Origin: a virus
Lineage: Duplodnaviria > Caudoviricetes
Reading direction: 5' to 3' (one strand)
DNA: 64,000 nt
IMG/VR virus record: IMGVR_UViG_3300032004_000002
Location: 20,725 to 84,724 of that record
This document shows, in pieces, positions 38,591-50,717 of this stretch (the first letter of the stretch is position 1; each line of letters begins with the position of its first letter). The translations under genes were made by a program, and so were the position numbers. Under the pieces are notes generated by a model, which saw nothing but the letters and a program-made list of their open reading frames with translations, was not told the DNA's origin and made no database searches.

Positions 38591-39816
38591 CTATAGACCA
38601 TCTTCCCACTCAATCACTATTTCACCAGTCTTATGGTCATGAAACTCTAAATATTTCAACCCATCTCTAGGCACCCAATCAGATTCAACAAAACTAAACT
38701 GAACAGGAAAACCCTTATCCTTCAAGATCCTCATGATATTTGTATCTCCTCCAGGAGAAGGAGGACACTTCATTATCTCATCCATCCCTATACGAATTTC
38801 TTTAATCATAACATGTGCTCCAAAGAATTGACAAACGAAAGATTCTCAAGCTCATTTGAATCAAAGTGAATTGTGTTCATCTTCCAAGGCTTACTAAAAT
38901 ACTGATCAATCTTCCCATTCAACTCAAGCCAAGTGTATTTCATCTCTGTCCAACTATCACACTGACCTTTAAACAAAATCTCTTGCCCAATATCTACGTC
39001 ACCATCTGGACCATCATAACTGTAGTAACTGGTGTACGCTACAGAGATTTTGAAGACAACTTTCCACAAACCTTTGACTTCCTCGTAATCGACACCAAAC
39101 GTATTCAGATAGAAATCCCATTTGATGTAATCCTTAATATCATCCTCTACTCTGTATAAATCTCCAGCACACAGAGGAATAATCTTTACAGAATAATCTT
39201 CTTGACGAAGAGGGCTACACCACACTTCTACGATTGCTTTAATCATCTTCCAAATCCCCACTGCCGTTTGATAACCAAGCCATTTCAGCGTTGTAAGTCC
39301 CAGTGTCCCAAAATTGTAGAAGAATCCCACAGTCTAGGCAATAAAGATTAAAAGCCATGACATACCCATCAAGACTGTCCATCACTTTCTTATGGAAAGT
39401 AGTGCAACCACACTCGTAACATTTCTTTGGTGTCAAATCTTCGTTGTAGTGCTCTGAATCAAATGTTGGTGTCATTCTGTTTCCTCCCACATTGTATATT
39501 CTGACACACTATCGCTACAGCACCCACAGCCAAGATCATATGTGTTGTAGTAGTATTGGATTAGGCTGGTCATTTATTCACCCCAATAGAAATCAAAAAT
39601 TGTATTGAACGTTTCACGACCTTGGAAACTATGTTTACGCAAATTTTCCTTGGCAAATTCTGGTGTACGGTCCCACCAATTAAGAGCTTGCTTCATTGTC
39701 CGAGAGTCATCCCCCTGCGCCTCTTTATGCTGTTCAATTGTACTCAAAGAATGCATGAAAATGGCATGACTGTAGCTATATTCTTCTTTGTTCATCTCTA
39801 TCTCCCAGCAGCCCAA
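38591..39816 (-). other. Hypothetical genes (38591-38809, 38806-39330, 39239-39475, 39574-39795)
   Basis: ORFs with RBSs behind the promoter at 39844-39872. Confidence 0.6.
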
Positions 39817-39843
39817 ATGCTGCTTTATCTGTGAATGTCCCTC

Positions 39844-39872
39844 ATTATGGAGTGAGCCAAGGATGATGTCAA
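39844..39872 (-). promoter_or_regulatory. sigma70 promoter at the divergent junction
   Basis: TTGACA-17-CATAAT. Confidence 0.75.
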
Positions 39873-39990
39873 GGGATGGTGTGGAGATATTTTTCTGGAA
39901 ATTTTGTGAAGGGAGGGGGTTGACGTAGGGAATGTGTGTGGTAAGGTGTGTCCAGAAAGCTTGGTTGGCAAGCCTAACAGGAGAATTGAG

Positions 39991-42900
39991 ATGACTAGGT
40001 TATACACTGTTCACGACAATACAAAAGGGAACACAAAGATTTTTAATGAGACTGATCTGTTTGAATTTCTTATGCAGGTGTGCGTAAAATATGACTTTAC
40101 GTCGTCTGACATGCTGTTCAAGGTCAACGAGTATGGACCTCAGATTGTAGGTAATCGTTATGTTGTTACAAAACAACTGGATTCAAGTATTTACGGTTGA
40201 TCCTTGACAATGAACATTTATGTGTCCACCCTAACACAACAAATGGATGGTGTCAGCGATGACGCACAGTTGTGCGAGCATTTGAAAGATGCTAAATTAT
40301 TGTTGCATAAAATTAAATTGGAAGGAGAGAAGAGATGAGTAAAGAAAAAGATTTGAAGCATATGCTACGGTTGATTACAAGCGTTTCTGAGGACTTGTTG
40401 GAACAGGTTATCAATGCTACTGAAGATTTTGATGATCCAATCAGCGAAGAAGAGATTGAAGAATATGAAGCATACTTCGCACAAGCTAAGGAGTTGTTGA
40501 AATGAGCAACGTAAATTGGGAAGTTGTGGCAAAAGAACAAATGAAGATTATTCAGGATAAAAACAAGCAGCTTGATGTGGCGATTAACGCCATGCAAAAT
40601 GCTGTTGAAAAGCTAGATGAATATGACAAATCTGACATCTGCTGGAACGCTGTGTTAGATTATGTTCTCAACAAAGGCTACATGGAATCTCCAATGGAAT
40701 TCCTACGTTGCTGGAATGAAGGTAACTTTGAAGCATTGCGTGAAGAATGGCCTGATGCACCAGAAGAGATTTATCTTGCAGATCCACTTTACAAAGGGGA
40801 GAAATGATGGGTATGCAAAGTTGGGCATTCAGTATGCTGGTTATGCATGACCTTTGTGTTGATTTTTATGCTCATATGATCACAGATACTGAAAATAATG
40901 AGTGGTATTGGCAGGGGTCGGATATTGAAAACTTCTACAGTTTGCTTGAAGAAGTGGTAGCAAGTCTACCTGAAGGAGAGAAGTGATGAGTACATTTGGT
41001 GATGGTACATTCAAGCAATATGTTTACGAAGAAATTAAGTATAAAATGGGTGATATGGATATGAAGCCATCAGAAGCTGTTCAGGAAGTTCTTGAGGTTT
41101 GTAGCTGGATTTTAGGCAGTGTTGACTATGATTCTGAAGCTTATCAACAGGGACTGCGAGACGCTAAGAGTAAATTCAAGAAAGAATTGGACCGATTGAC
41201 TGATGATCAGTGAAATCCAAGTTGAACAGTATTGCTTTTATGTAGACTACTCTGTTGAGTCGGGCGACGATTATCACTGCCTCGATTGGATTGACTGGAC
41301 CTGCATCGGCGGCCATGTCTGTAACGAATTTGACGAAATCGTTGACAGTAGCCCAGAATGGATGCAGAATGAGGCTGAGTTGTTTAGTGAGTGGATTGAT
41401 AAATTGATTAGAGAGGAGTTATTGAAATGAGTAAGATTACATTGTTATACTTTAAACCAAGTGGTAAATGGGGATATGAAGGTCAACTTGACTTTTGTGA
41501 CACGAACTCTATGTACCATCTAAATGAATTGGTACGAGAGTTGAAGTTTCTATGTCAGCTTCCGGGACTTGCATCTGGTAGTTGGGAGGGTCCTATTTAT
41601 ATTGACTCCTCAGAACATCCACTTGGATTTCCACAACTTATTATCTGAAGGTGAAGTAAATGAGCGAACTAACCTTTCTATTCCTTGGTATTTTCTTTGG
41701 AGTAATCTCTGCATTCTCTTATGTGACAGAGAATGAGTGGAATCAAGGGCAAGAGATGTGTAAACTAAATGGTGGAATGCAGAAATTTGTTGCTAAGCCA
41801 TTTGAGAATCCTGAAGTGACGTGTGTAAATGGTGCGTATTTTACATTGAAGAGGGGAGAGTGATGAATCCAACTACAGCAACGCCAGTATTGAAAGTAAT
41901 TTCTATTGATGATCTTGGTGTCAACATTGTAGAGCTTCCTCACGGAACTTTCCTTGTTGACGGTGAGGTTGTGAGCAACACAGGTTACAACTCTTACAAC
42001 GCTAAACATCAGCTTGCAGTTAAAGATGTTGAGAATATTAAATCTATCAGCAAGACTAATATCCTTGTGGGCTATGTTCCAACAACTGAAGGTATTACAG
42101 ACGATGTTCTGTCTGTTGAAGGCTACAATGATTTCCTTCAAGAGCTTAAGGTAAATTGCACTCAGGATGAAGATGGTGATATTGACTGGAGCGATCTAGA
42201 CTCAGAGTTCACTTACCGTAAATTTATCTCTCAATGGAAAGCTAAGTACAAAGAAGAGATTACATACTCAGAGCCTCTGTTAGTGGATCGTAGTCACATC
42301 CGCCAAGACTCTGGCAATCCCTACATTGTTGCAGGCTTCTTGACTGGACGTTCTGATGTTCCTTTGTACAGCTACTCTCGCTCGAATGCTGTAGCATCTC
42401 TCTTGGCTAAGAAATTTGAAAGCCTCGGTATGGAATTTAAAGAAGGATTGAGCTATGGACAAACTGAGGGTAAGAAAGTTTGGAGTAATTCTAACCATTC
42501 TGGTCTTGAGTATGTGACAGCCTTCGGTAAATACATTATTGGTAAAAACATTGTAGCCAAAACACGAGGCGAGTTTAAAGGTTCATTTGAGCATCTTGAA
42601 AAGATTTACAAAGAAGATAAAGAGTGGATTGAGAATCTGATTCAGGTAGGATACAATCTGCACTTTCGTAATGAAGGAGCTTCCACGGTATTGCTCAGTG
42701 AAGTGTATAGTGGAATTAAAACTTGTATTAATTATGTGAATACCCTTGATGTCAAAGTGAAGTCTGAGACAAGTAAACGTTCAGCACTTGCACAATTGAA
42801 TAAACTTCTTGAAAGTGTTAATCAGGAGATTTTGAAATGAACGATTCCCTATCAATCTACAAAGCTATTATTCAGTCATATTCCGATTTACCCCTTACAT

Positions 42901-44103
42901 CCTTGTACATGCTACAAGAGCTATTGGCTGAGGAAGTGAAGCTACGTCATATGGGATTTGCTAATATTGATGAATTTGAAAAGCCTAAAGCTAAATTTAC
43001 AGTGATTAAGGGGGATAAGGTGTGAAGATTAAAGAATATAGTTTTGATAACGGTAAATATAAAATTCGTGTGGCAGATGACGGCAGTATGATTAAGGCCT
43101 ATAGATATGATGAATTTTGGCAAAATCTTATTGGCGATAATTTGACAGCATCTATGCTCAATAGGATTGATGAGCTTGAACAACAAGTTAGTAATACTGT
43201 ATGGGAAGCATCTGCACGACATGCTCAAGCTACAGGGGGTTGGCAATGACTTTAATTGAATTGATCGAGAAACGTCGTATTGCTTTGATCCCTGAATGGG
43301 ATGGTGGCTGGCATGCGGAAGTTTATGATGAAGAAGACACTATTCAATATTCGGGGTATGGGTGTGATATCAACGAAGCAATTCTAGACGCACTTGATTC
43401 AGAGGAAGACGAATAATGGAAGACTCCACATATCTTCTCATCAAAGACTTGGCTAAAACGTATGAAAAACTCCCTTCTTCTGCGCTTATTCTTATAGCTA
43501 AGCTCATTGAAGAGGAATTAGAAGCTCGCACTAAGGTGGTGGTGGGAGACGTTTTAAAGCCTATTAAAACGTGTGTGAAAGAGGTTGTTAAGGGTGGTGG
43601 AAACAATAAACCAAATTTGAGGATCGTGGAATGAATATAGAGAAAGTAGAAATGTTCAAAACATCTGACAACGCTCTCTTTGAAACTGAAGAGCAAGCCA
43701 TTGCACATGAATCACAGAACGATTTGTGGAAAAAGGCAGTTGCAGATTATGGTCGATATGATGAAGTCACTTTCGCGTATAAAGATGATTTCTTTCAGTT
43801 CCTGAGTGATAATAAGACAGAAGTCCTTAGGTATATTGGAGTGTATGTGAAATGATGATTAACGTAGCTAAGAATATTCGGGCATATTCTGGTCAAGAGT
43901 TGAGAGAGTTAGCTTACAAAGGCGTACTTGAATGTAATGGATTTGACCTTACAGATTTCTGTGAGCGAATCTTTGAAGGATATGAACAGCAACTAGAAGA
44001 ACGTCTTGAAGAATCTCGCGAAGAGTGGGAGAATGAACAAGATGATGCTGAGGAATTGCAAGAGCGGATTGATAAAGCTATTAGGGTTTTGGAAGGTGAT
44101 TGA
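39991..44103 (+). other. Cluster of ~15 hypothetical genes (e.g. 39991-40200, 40502-40807, 40804-40986, 40983-41213, 41203-41430, 41427-41648, 41660-41863, 41863-42840, 43022-43249, 43631-43855, 43852-44103)
   Basis: Coupled plus-strand ORFs with RBSs; 41863-42840 is the only long one. Confidence 0.7.
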
Positions 44104-45827
44104 GGGATTTGGGGATGAGTAATCGAGAAGACGCATCTAAGGCTTACTATAAAGGGGGTTTGAAAAAACAAATGATTGAGAATAGTAGTATTAAAAAAGA
44201 AACAATTAAAGAGGTGCTAGGCTTTAAGTGCTTGGCAATTCCAGAACGTGGCCTTACTAAAGCTGATGCAGAATTCTATGAAATTCGTTCTGCTGTAAGT
44301 CAACAAGATGGTAAGACAATTGAGGCAACTTACTTCCCTTACTTCAGTAAGGCAGGCGAACTTACAGGTTTTAAGAAGCGTGACTGGACAGTTCCAAAAG
44401 ACCATGACTTCCACTTTACAACTGTCGGCACAGTAAAGATTAATGCTCAGATGTTTGGTCAACCGCAAACACCAAAAGGTGGACGTAAACTGATCATCTG
44501 CGAAGGAGAGGAAGAGGTAGCAGCAACTCGCCGTGCTATTCTTGACAGCCTCAAAGGGACGAAGTACGAAGGCAAGATAGAACCTTGTGTTGTGTCCGTT
44601 TCTCTTGGTACGGCTAATGCTGCTGAAAGTGTTGCTCACAACTTGGAATATGTGCAAACATTTTCAGACTTGGTACTGGCATTTGACTCGGATGAAGCAA
44701 CTGCTAAAGAGTTGAAGAAGGGTATTCGCAAGGGCAAAGAAGCAAAAGAAGAAGTTGCAGGCCTTTTGCTCACCGATAACATTTACACAATCACCCACCC
44801 ACATGGGATGAAAGATGCCCGTGATTGCGTAGTAAACGGTTTTGGTGCGGAACTTGGTAAAATTCTTGCCTTCGGACTTGAGAAGTACAGTCCTGAAAAG
44901 ATTATTGCCGGGGATGATGTAGACTTGGATAGTTTGCTTGAACCTTTGCGAGAAGGACATTATATCGAGCGATATCCAAAATTGATGGAAAAACTCCATG
45001 GTATCCGAACTGGCAATGAACTAATTACTTATACAGCTTTTAGCGGTGTCGGTAAGTCTACACTAAACCGTGAAATTGCTTGGGAACTTACAGCAGCAGG
45101 ATATAAAGTTGGGTTCATTTTCTTGGAGGAACCAACTAAGAAGACACAACAGTCTCTGATTGCTTTGGAGATTGGTGTACGGCTACCAGACTTCCGACAA
45201 AACCCGTTGGCGGTAGCAACACGAGAAGTTATTGAAGCTGCAAAGAATAAAGTTATTTCTAATGGTAAAACATTCTTTCTTGACCACTTCGGTTCAATGA
45301 AAGTTGAAAAGCTAATGCAGCAGATTAAATATCTGCATTTTATTTGTGGCTGCGAACATATCTTTATTGACCACATTTCTATGCTTGTTGCTGGCATGGA
45401 AAGTAGTAATGAACGAAAAGATATTGATATGCTGTATGAAGAGCTTGCAGCGTTTATGACAAATAATCCTGTAACTATTCATGCTGTATGCCACTTGAAA
45501 CGTGTTGAAGATACTAACGCCCCACGAACTAAAGAGGGAGAAGAACCTAAAGCATATTGGAGGACTGTACGGAAGGAAATGCTTCGTGGCAGCGCCGGGA
45601 TCGAACAAATGAGTAGTTGTATTGTAGCTTTGGAGAACGAAGTTATGCCTACAGAAACCCGTGGACGTGTTCGTACTAAGATTTTGAAAGATCGTGAATG
45701 GGGTGTATTGGGGGTGTGTGACACAATGATGCAGTTGCAAGATGGGCGGTTGCATACTGTGCCGGATTATGATGGGTGGATCTATGATCCAGAGAATGAA
45801 AACATGAATGAAGCGGAGTCTTTTTAG
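44100..45827 (+). CDS. T7 gp4-like primase-helicase (TOPRIM + SF4 helicase)
   Basis: ICEGE and FDSD TOPRIM motifs; Walker A AFSGVGKST, IFIDHIS, LRGSAGIEQ; no N-terminal Cys zinc finger. Confidence 0.92.
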   Translation: MRDLGMSNREDASKAYYKGGLKKQMIENSSIKKETIKEVLGFKCLAIPERGLTKADAEFYEIRSAVSQQDGKTIEATYFPYFSKAGELTGFKKRDWTVPKDHDFHFTTVGTVKINAQMFGQPQTPKGGRKLIICEGEEEVAATRRAILDSLKGTKYEGKIEPCVVSVSLGTANAAESVAHNLEYVQTFSDLVLAFDSDEATAKELKKGIRKGKEAKEEVAGLLLTDNIYTITHPHGMKDARDCVVNGFGAELGKILAFGLEKYSPEKIIAGDDVDLDSLLEPLREGHYIERYPKLMEKLHGIRTGNELITYTAFSGVGKSTLNREIAWELTAAGYKVGFIFLEEPTKKTQQSLIALEIGVRLPDFRQNPLAVATREVIEAAKNKVISNGKTFFLDHFGSMKVEKLMQQIKYLHFICGCEHIFIDHISMLVAGMESSNERKDIDMLYEELAAFMTNNPVTIHAVCHLKRVEDTNAPRTKEGEEPKAYWRTVRKEMLRGSAGIEQMSSCIVALENEVMPTETRGRVRTKILKDREWGVLGVCDTMMQLQDGRLHTVPDYDGWIYDPENENMNEAESF

Positions 45828-45830
45828 AAA

Positions 45831-46502
45831 ATGAGGATTACAAAGCATATAAAACTATACGTGGATGTAGAAATTGATGGTGAGTGGCAGAAAGTTATTC
45901 ATAAAACAATTTCACCAAATAATTATGAGCGCTCTATTACGTTATCTGGTCAACGTTGGGAAAGTATAGAAAAGCGTTGTCAAGTGGGTGGAGATCAACA
46001 AACTAAATACCCCCGCTATGAAGGGACTACTAATCTTTTCCACAACTTCAATGAATTTGTAGACTGGAGCCGTGGAGAAGTGGGGTACGATTTGCGGGAA
46101 AATGTTGGGCAACAATCTTGGGCTTACTGCATAGAAAAGGATATCCTTGGAAATGGATCTAAGGTATACTCCCCTGAAACATGCCTGTTCGTACCTAACG
46201 CTGTAAATATTTTCTTGACAGCTCGTAATGCATCGCGAGGGGATTATCCAATAGGTGTTGCATGGAAAGAGAAAAATAAAAAGTTTCAAGCTCAAGTAAG
46301 GGATCGAAACACAAGCCGCTATCTTGGCCTCCACTCTGATCCAATGGAAGGCCACAGAGCTTGGCAGCTAGGAAAAATAGAAATTGGGCGTAATTTTGCC
46401 TTGGAATTTAAAGGTTGGCATGATAAGCTTTACAATGGAATGAATAATTGGCTTGATAAAATTCAAGACGATTATGATAATTATAGAGAAACTATTCTTT
46501 AG
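45831..46502 (+). CDS. Free-standing HNH-type homing endonuclease
   Basis: IEKDILGNGSKVYSPETCLFVP plus YPIGV AP2-like tail; inserted between helicase and polymerase. Confidence 0.8.
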   Translation: MRITKHIKLYVDVEIDGEWQKVIHKTISPNNYERSITLSGQRWESIEKRCQVGGDQQTKYPRYEGTTNLFHNFNEFVDWSRGEVGYDLRENVGQQSWAYCIEKDILGNGSKVYSPETCLFVPNAVNIFLTARNASRGDYPIGVAWKEKNKKFQAQVRDRNTSRYLGLHSDPMEGHRAWQLGKIEIGRNFALEFKGWHDKLYNGMNNWLDKIQDDYDNYRETIL

Positions 46503-46510
46503 AGGTTAGT

Positions 46511-48946
46511 GTGATTATTACCTACGATATTGAGACAAATGGGCTGCTGAATTCGAACAGTATTGATTACTGTGCAAGCCCGTACAAATTGAAAGATAGC
46601 TTTAAAATGCACTGCATTGTTGTAGAGGAACACGAGACTGGTAAAATTCTTGCCTTTTATAACGGTGACAAATACATTTTTGATGGTCGTAAGTACGAAG
46701 AAACCGTAGGAAAATATACCTACACTCTTGAAAACTATACACCACAAGAATACGAACATAAGCAGCTTGAAGAGTTTGTCTCGTATATCAAGGATAATCC
46801 AGTTTCGAAAGTTGTCGGTGCAAACATAATTAACTTTGACTTACTAGCTTGTAAGCTGTACTTTGATATGGACTATGAAGTAGAGCCTGACACTTGGTGT
46901 GGCAAGACTATTGAGATATCCGATACGATGGTGACGTCAAAAGCTCTCAACCCTGACAGGGTTGGAGGGCACAGTTTGGATTCGCTCTCACAAAAGACTG
47001 GGATACAGAAGCGTGAGTTTCGAAAACACATGCACCCTGATATTCGCTTTGAAGATATGGCTGCGGACTTAATTTTTTACTGTATCTACGACGTTAAGGC
47101 GAACACCCAAGTTTACAAGATGTTGGAGATGGAGAAAGGTGATTGGAATTGGTCAGACGCAATCAGTCTTGAAAAATCCGTTGCAGAGGTAATTACACGT
47201 CAAGAGCATCGAGGTTTTAAGTTTAACACTGAGAGGGCAATTGAACTTGTAACTGATTTGGATATCAAACTTGAGGCTCTTAAGGCAGAAGTTGAACCTG
47301 TATTGCCGCCGAAACCGTTGGCAAAGACTCGTATGGATTTCTTCACACCCCCGGAAAAGCAATTTAAAAAATCAGGAGAACTAAACGAAAATATCAAGAA
47401 GTTTGTAGCAAAGCATGAGGGTACAATCAGTGAAGACAATGTAGCAACAATCTTTGGTAAAGAATATACTCTGCCAATGCCGTTTGAGCCATTGTTAACT
47501 GAAGTTCCTTCGACACTCAAAGATACAACTCACATCAAAGAGTGGCTTGTTTCCGAGTTTGATTGGGAGCCTTCAGCTTGGAAGGAACGTGATCTTACGT
47601 GCGATGCAAAGAAGAATCGACTTACGCAAGAGAAGTTTGAAGCTGCTGTAGATAGGTATGTTGATCAGACCTTAGCAAGCCCATTTTGCAAGTATCGTCT
47701 GGAACATTTGAATTGCACTAAAGGGAATTTGAAAACTAAACTTTTGGCGAAAGGTTGTGCAAAGAGTTTTAAAGTGCTGACTAACCCAACACTGACTGTG
47801 GGGCAGGAGAAAGAGATTTGTCCGGGGTTGATTGCAATTGAAACAAGATTCCCGTATGCTAGAAAGCTGGCTGACTTCTTGACTTACAGCCACCGTCGTA
47901 ACAGCATTATTGGTGGTGGTTATGATCCAGAAGAAGAGGAAGAAGCAGAGAGTGGGTTTATTCCTAACGTAAGGAAAGATGGACGTATTCCAACCCCCGC
48001 AGACACTTGCGGGGCTGGGACCAGCAGATTCAAGCATCGTTTAGTGGCGAACATTCCTCGTAACACATCATTGTATGGTGAGGAAATGCGCAGCTTGTTT
48101 GGTGTTGATAGTGGATACGTTCAATTAGGCTACGATTTTGACTCTTTGGAGGCAAAAATTGAGTCTCATTACGTATACCGTTACAAGGGTGGGCCAGAGT
48201 ATGGAATCAGTTTGACTGCTGAAAAGCCTAATGATTGCCACAGTGTTTTGGCACGGAGTATATCTGCCATTATTGGTAAGGAGTTTCCACGTAATAGTGC
48301 AAAGTCTGTGAAGTATGGTTGTAGTTACAATGCACAAGTTGCTCGGGTAGCTAAAATTGTTGGGTGTGATCTAGAAACAGCACAAATTATTTTTGATGAG
48401 TTTTGGACGCTTGCAAACCCACTCAAAGAATTGAAAGAGCGGATGCAAAAGTATTGGGAGACAACTGGACAGAAGAAGTTTCTGATTGGGATTGATGGGC
48501 GTAAGATTCCTATTCGTTCAAAAGGTAACGTTATCAATAGTGCATTCCAAAGTGCTGGTGTTATTTGTGCTAAACGTGCTATGGTTATCCATGATCGTAA
48601 GCTTAAGGCTGAAGGACTGACAGTGGATTTCTTTAAAGAAGACTGGATGACTAAGAAGTTCTGTCAACAAATGATTGCGTATCACGATGAGGCACAATTA
48701 GAGTTGACACGGGATCTAGTTAAGTTTAAGATGTTCGCCACAGAGAAAGAAGCTAAAGAGTTCTCTGAGGAAGGTAAGATTTGGAGCGATGTTGGGCACG
48801 CTAAAGATGGACGATTCTTTCGCTCATGGTGCCGTGCAGGAGAGTTGGCCGCAGAAGCTGTAAAAGAGGCTGGACAGTACTATAAATTGAACGTAGAATT
48901 GACGGCAGGTTATGTGATTGGAAATTCTTGGGCAAATTGTCACTAA
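46511..48946 (+). CDS. polA: Family A DNA polymerase with 3'-5' exonuclease
   Basis: Exo YDIET and NIINFD; motif A GYDFDSLE; motif B AKSVKYGCSY; motif C YHDE. Confidence 0.95.
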   Translation: MIITYDIETNGLLNSNSIDYCASPYKLKDSFKMHCIVVEEHETGKILAFYNGDKYIFDGRKYEETVGKYTYTLENYTPQEYEHKQLEEFVSYIKDNPVSKVVGANIINFDLLACKLYFDMDYEVEPDTWCGKTIEISDTMVTSKALNPDRVGGHSLDSLSQKTGIQKREFRKHMHPDIRFEDMAADLIFYCIYDVKANTQVYKMLEMEKGDWNWSDAISLEKSVAEVITRQEHRGFKFNTERAIELVTDLDIKLEALKAEVEPVLPPKPLAKTRMDFFTPPEKQFKKSGELNENIKKFVAKHEGTISEDNVATIFGKEYTLPMPFEPLLTEVPSTLKDTTHIKEWLVSEFDWEPSAWKERDLTCDAKKNRLTQEKFEAAVDRYVDQTLASPFCKYRLEHLNCTKGNLKTKLLAKGCAKSFKVLTNPTLTVGQEKEICPGLIAIETRFPYARKLADFLTYSHRRNSIIGGGYDPEEEEEAESGFIPNVRKDGRIPTPADTCGAGTSRFKHRLVANIPRNTSLYGEEMRSLFGVDSGYVQLGYDFDSLEAKIESHYVYRYKGGPEYGISLTAEKPNDCHSVLARSISAIIGKEFPRNSAKSVKYGCSYNAQVARVAKIVGCDLETAQIIFDEFWTLANPLKELKERMQKYWETTGQKKFLIGIDGRKIPIRSKGNVINSAFQSAGVICAKRAMVIHDRKLKAEGLTVDFFKEDWMTKKFCQQMIAYHDEAQLELTRDLVKFKMFATEKEAKEFSEEGKIWSDVGHAKDGRFFRSWCRAGELAAEAVKEAGQYYKLNVELTAGYVIGNSWANCH

Positions 48947-48954
48947 ATTAAAGC

Positions 48955-48983
48955 TTTACAATCACTAAGAAATCCCGCATAAT
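48955..48983 (+). promoter_or_regulatory. sigma70 promoter
   Basis: TTTACA-17-CATAAT. Confidence 0.7.
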
Positions 48984-49031
48984 CCTAAAGACGCTGTAGA
49001 AAATGTTGTTAAATTTAATAGGAGAGAAAAG

Positions 49032-49911
49032 ATGAAGACCGTTGCAGTTCTATTGGAGTTTCAATCTAAACCGCATTTTGATTGGGCTTATGTAACAGAA
49101 AACTCAGAATTTGGTGAAGATCATCCTCATTATAAAACAGCGAATGAGTTTATTAATGTCGTAAAAGAGCTTCACAAGAAGCATAGTTACAAGTATCGTA
49201 TCAACAATATCGTAATCGAATAAACTGGAGAGAAAGATGAAAATTGAAATTGTAAAACACAGCAATGACTACGGAGATATCACTTACCGAGCGTATACAT
49301 TGATGCCTGATGGTAAACGAATCGGGACAGTGGGTATTGCAAGTACTCATGCTGCCGTTGTAGAACAAGCCCGTGTTTATAAGGCTAAGTCAACTAAAAC
49401 TGAAGAAATCATTGAAGTAATTGATATTTAAAACTGGAGAAACAAAATGAGCAATAAAATCCGTTATGAATACCTTGTCACTGGTGTGGCTGAAGATGGC
49501 TATCCTGTAAGTGAAGTTGTAGATACACGCTCACAAGCACGTTTTGTGAAGAATGAATTCAAAGACTTCTATGGCTGCACACAAGCTAAGATTGTGCAGC
49601 GTAAGTTTTCTTTGCAAACTGAACAGGTGGTTCGTTAATATGAAAGCAACTTTATTTGCAGCAGTAGGCCTTATTGGTATGGCGATTAAGTAAATTTAAA
49701 CTAGGAGAAACATATGCAACAGAAAACTAAGAAACGTCAGTCGTATAAAGCTAAAACTCTGGTACGTGCTGCATCAAGTTATGGTGGTATGCTAAAAGTG
49801 TTGCAATTGGTGGCACGAGCAGAGCCTAATGTTGATGGGGAATACAGCGTTAGTAGTGTAATTGCTAACGATGATGCATTGAAGATCATTGCAAGTAGTG
49901 GTAAGATTTAA
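49032..49911 (+). other. Four small hypothetical genes (49032-49223, 49237-49431, 49447-49638, 49714-49911)
   Basis: Each has a GGAGA RBS. Confidence 0.7.
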
Positions 49912-49928
49912 AAGAATTCCTAGGAATA

Positions 49929-49976
49929 GGATGTTGTAAAGCCCGAAAGGGAATTTCCTGAAAAGGAAAATATCTC
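49929..49976 (+). promoter_or_regulatory. Structured 5' leader of ssb
   Basis: GGATGTT/AATATCT stem enclosing CCC-GAAA-GGG and TTCCT-GAAA-AGGAA. Confidence 0.55.
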
Positions 49977-50024
49977 ACAATAATGTGAACTGAAAAATAT
50001 ACACACCAAATAGAGAGAAATTAA

Positions 50025-50717
50025 ATGACTACTTCTGTAATCCTGAAACAACTTCCTAAGTCTGGCACTCTGGAAACCTTTAACGTGTACATCTTGAATA
50101 CCCCTGTGTTCTATGCATCGGTACACGATGTTCGTACTAAATACCAATCGACCGATAAGGAATTCAGCCTGCAATCTTTTGTGAGCGAAGAGACTAAGGA
50201 CAAATTGATTGACGAAGTTATGGTTAACAAAACCTTTGCTGAAGTCGGTGTAACCAAGACCACTAAGGCGCCTCGACGAATCAAGTTCCCCTTGTCTTCG
50301 CAAGTTGAGGAAGGGAAAGTAAACTATGATGCGGTCAAAGGTATGCACGGTTTTACTGTAGCTAAACCTGAGTTCAGCAAGAAGGGAAATAAAATGACAG
50401 TGAATGTCATTGATAAAGATGGTAACGCCTTCACTGACAATATTGGTAATGGTTCGATTTGTACTTTGAAGCTCTTTGGTTACAAGAACGTCGAAGGTCA
50501 ACTGACTGTTACATTGGACACTGTTCAAGTAGTTGAGCATGTTCCATATGAAGGCAAAGGTTCTTCTGATGAAGTAGTTGATGATGTTTTGGGTAGTTAC
50601 AAAGTGAAGAAAGTTGAGGCTAAACCTACTGAGGAGGAAGCTCCAGCACCAAAAGCTAAAACTGATCCGCAACCAGCGCCAGACTTTGACAGCTTCGACT
50701 CAGATATTCCTTTCTAA
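50025..50717 (+). CDS. ssb: Single-stranded DNA-binding protein (T7 gp2.5-like)
   Basis: IGNGS motif, beta-rich fold, acidic tail ending DSDIPF. Confidence 0.85.
   Translation: MTTSVILKQLPKSGTLETFNVYILNTPVFYASVHDVRTKYQSTDKEFSLQSFVSEETKDKLIDEVMVNKTFAEVGVTKTTKAPRRIKFPLSSQVEEGKVNYDAVKGMHGFTVAKPEFSKKGNKMTVNVIDKDGNAFTDNIGNGSICTLKLFGYKNVEGQLTVTLDTVQVVEHVPYEGKGSSDEVVDDVLGSYKVKKVEAKPTEEEAPAPKAKTDPQPAPDFDSFDSDIPF

Noticed and set aside
49920-50672. 250-aa minus-strand ORF
   Set aside because: Shadow of ssb; no RBS or recognisable motif
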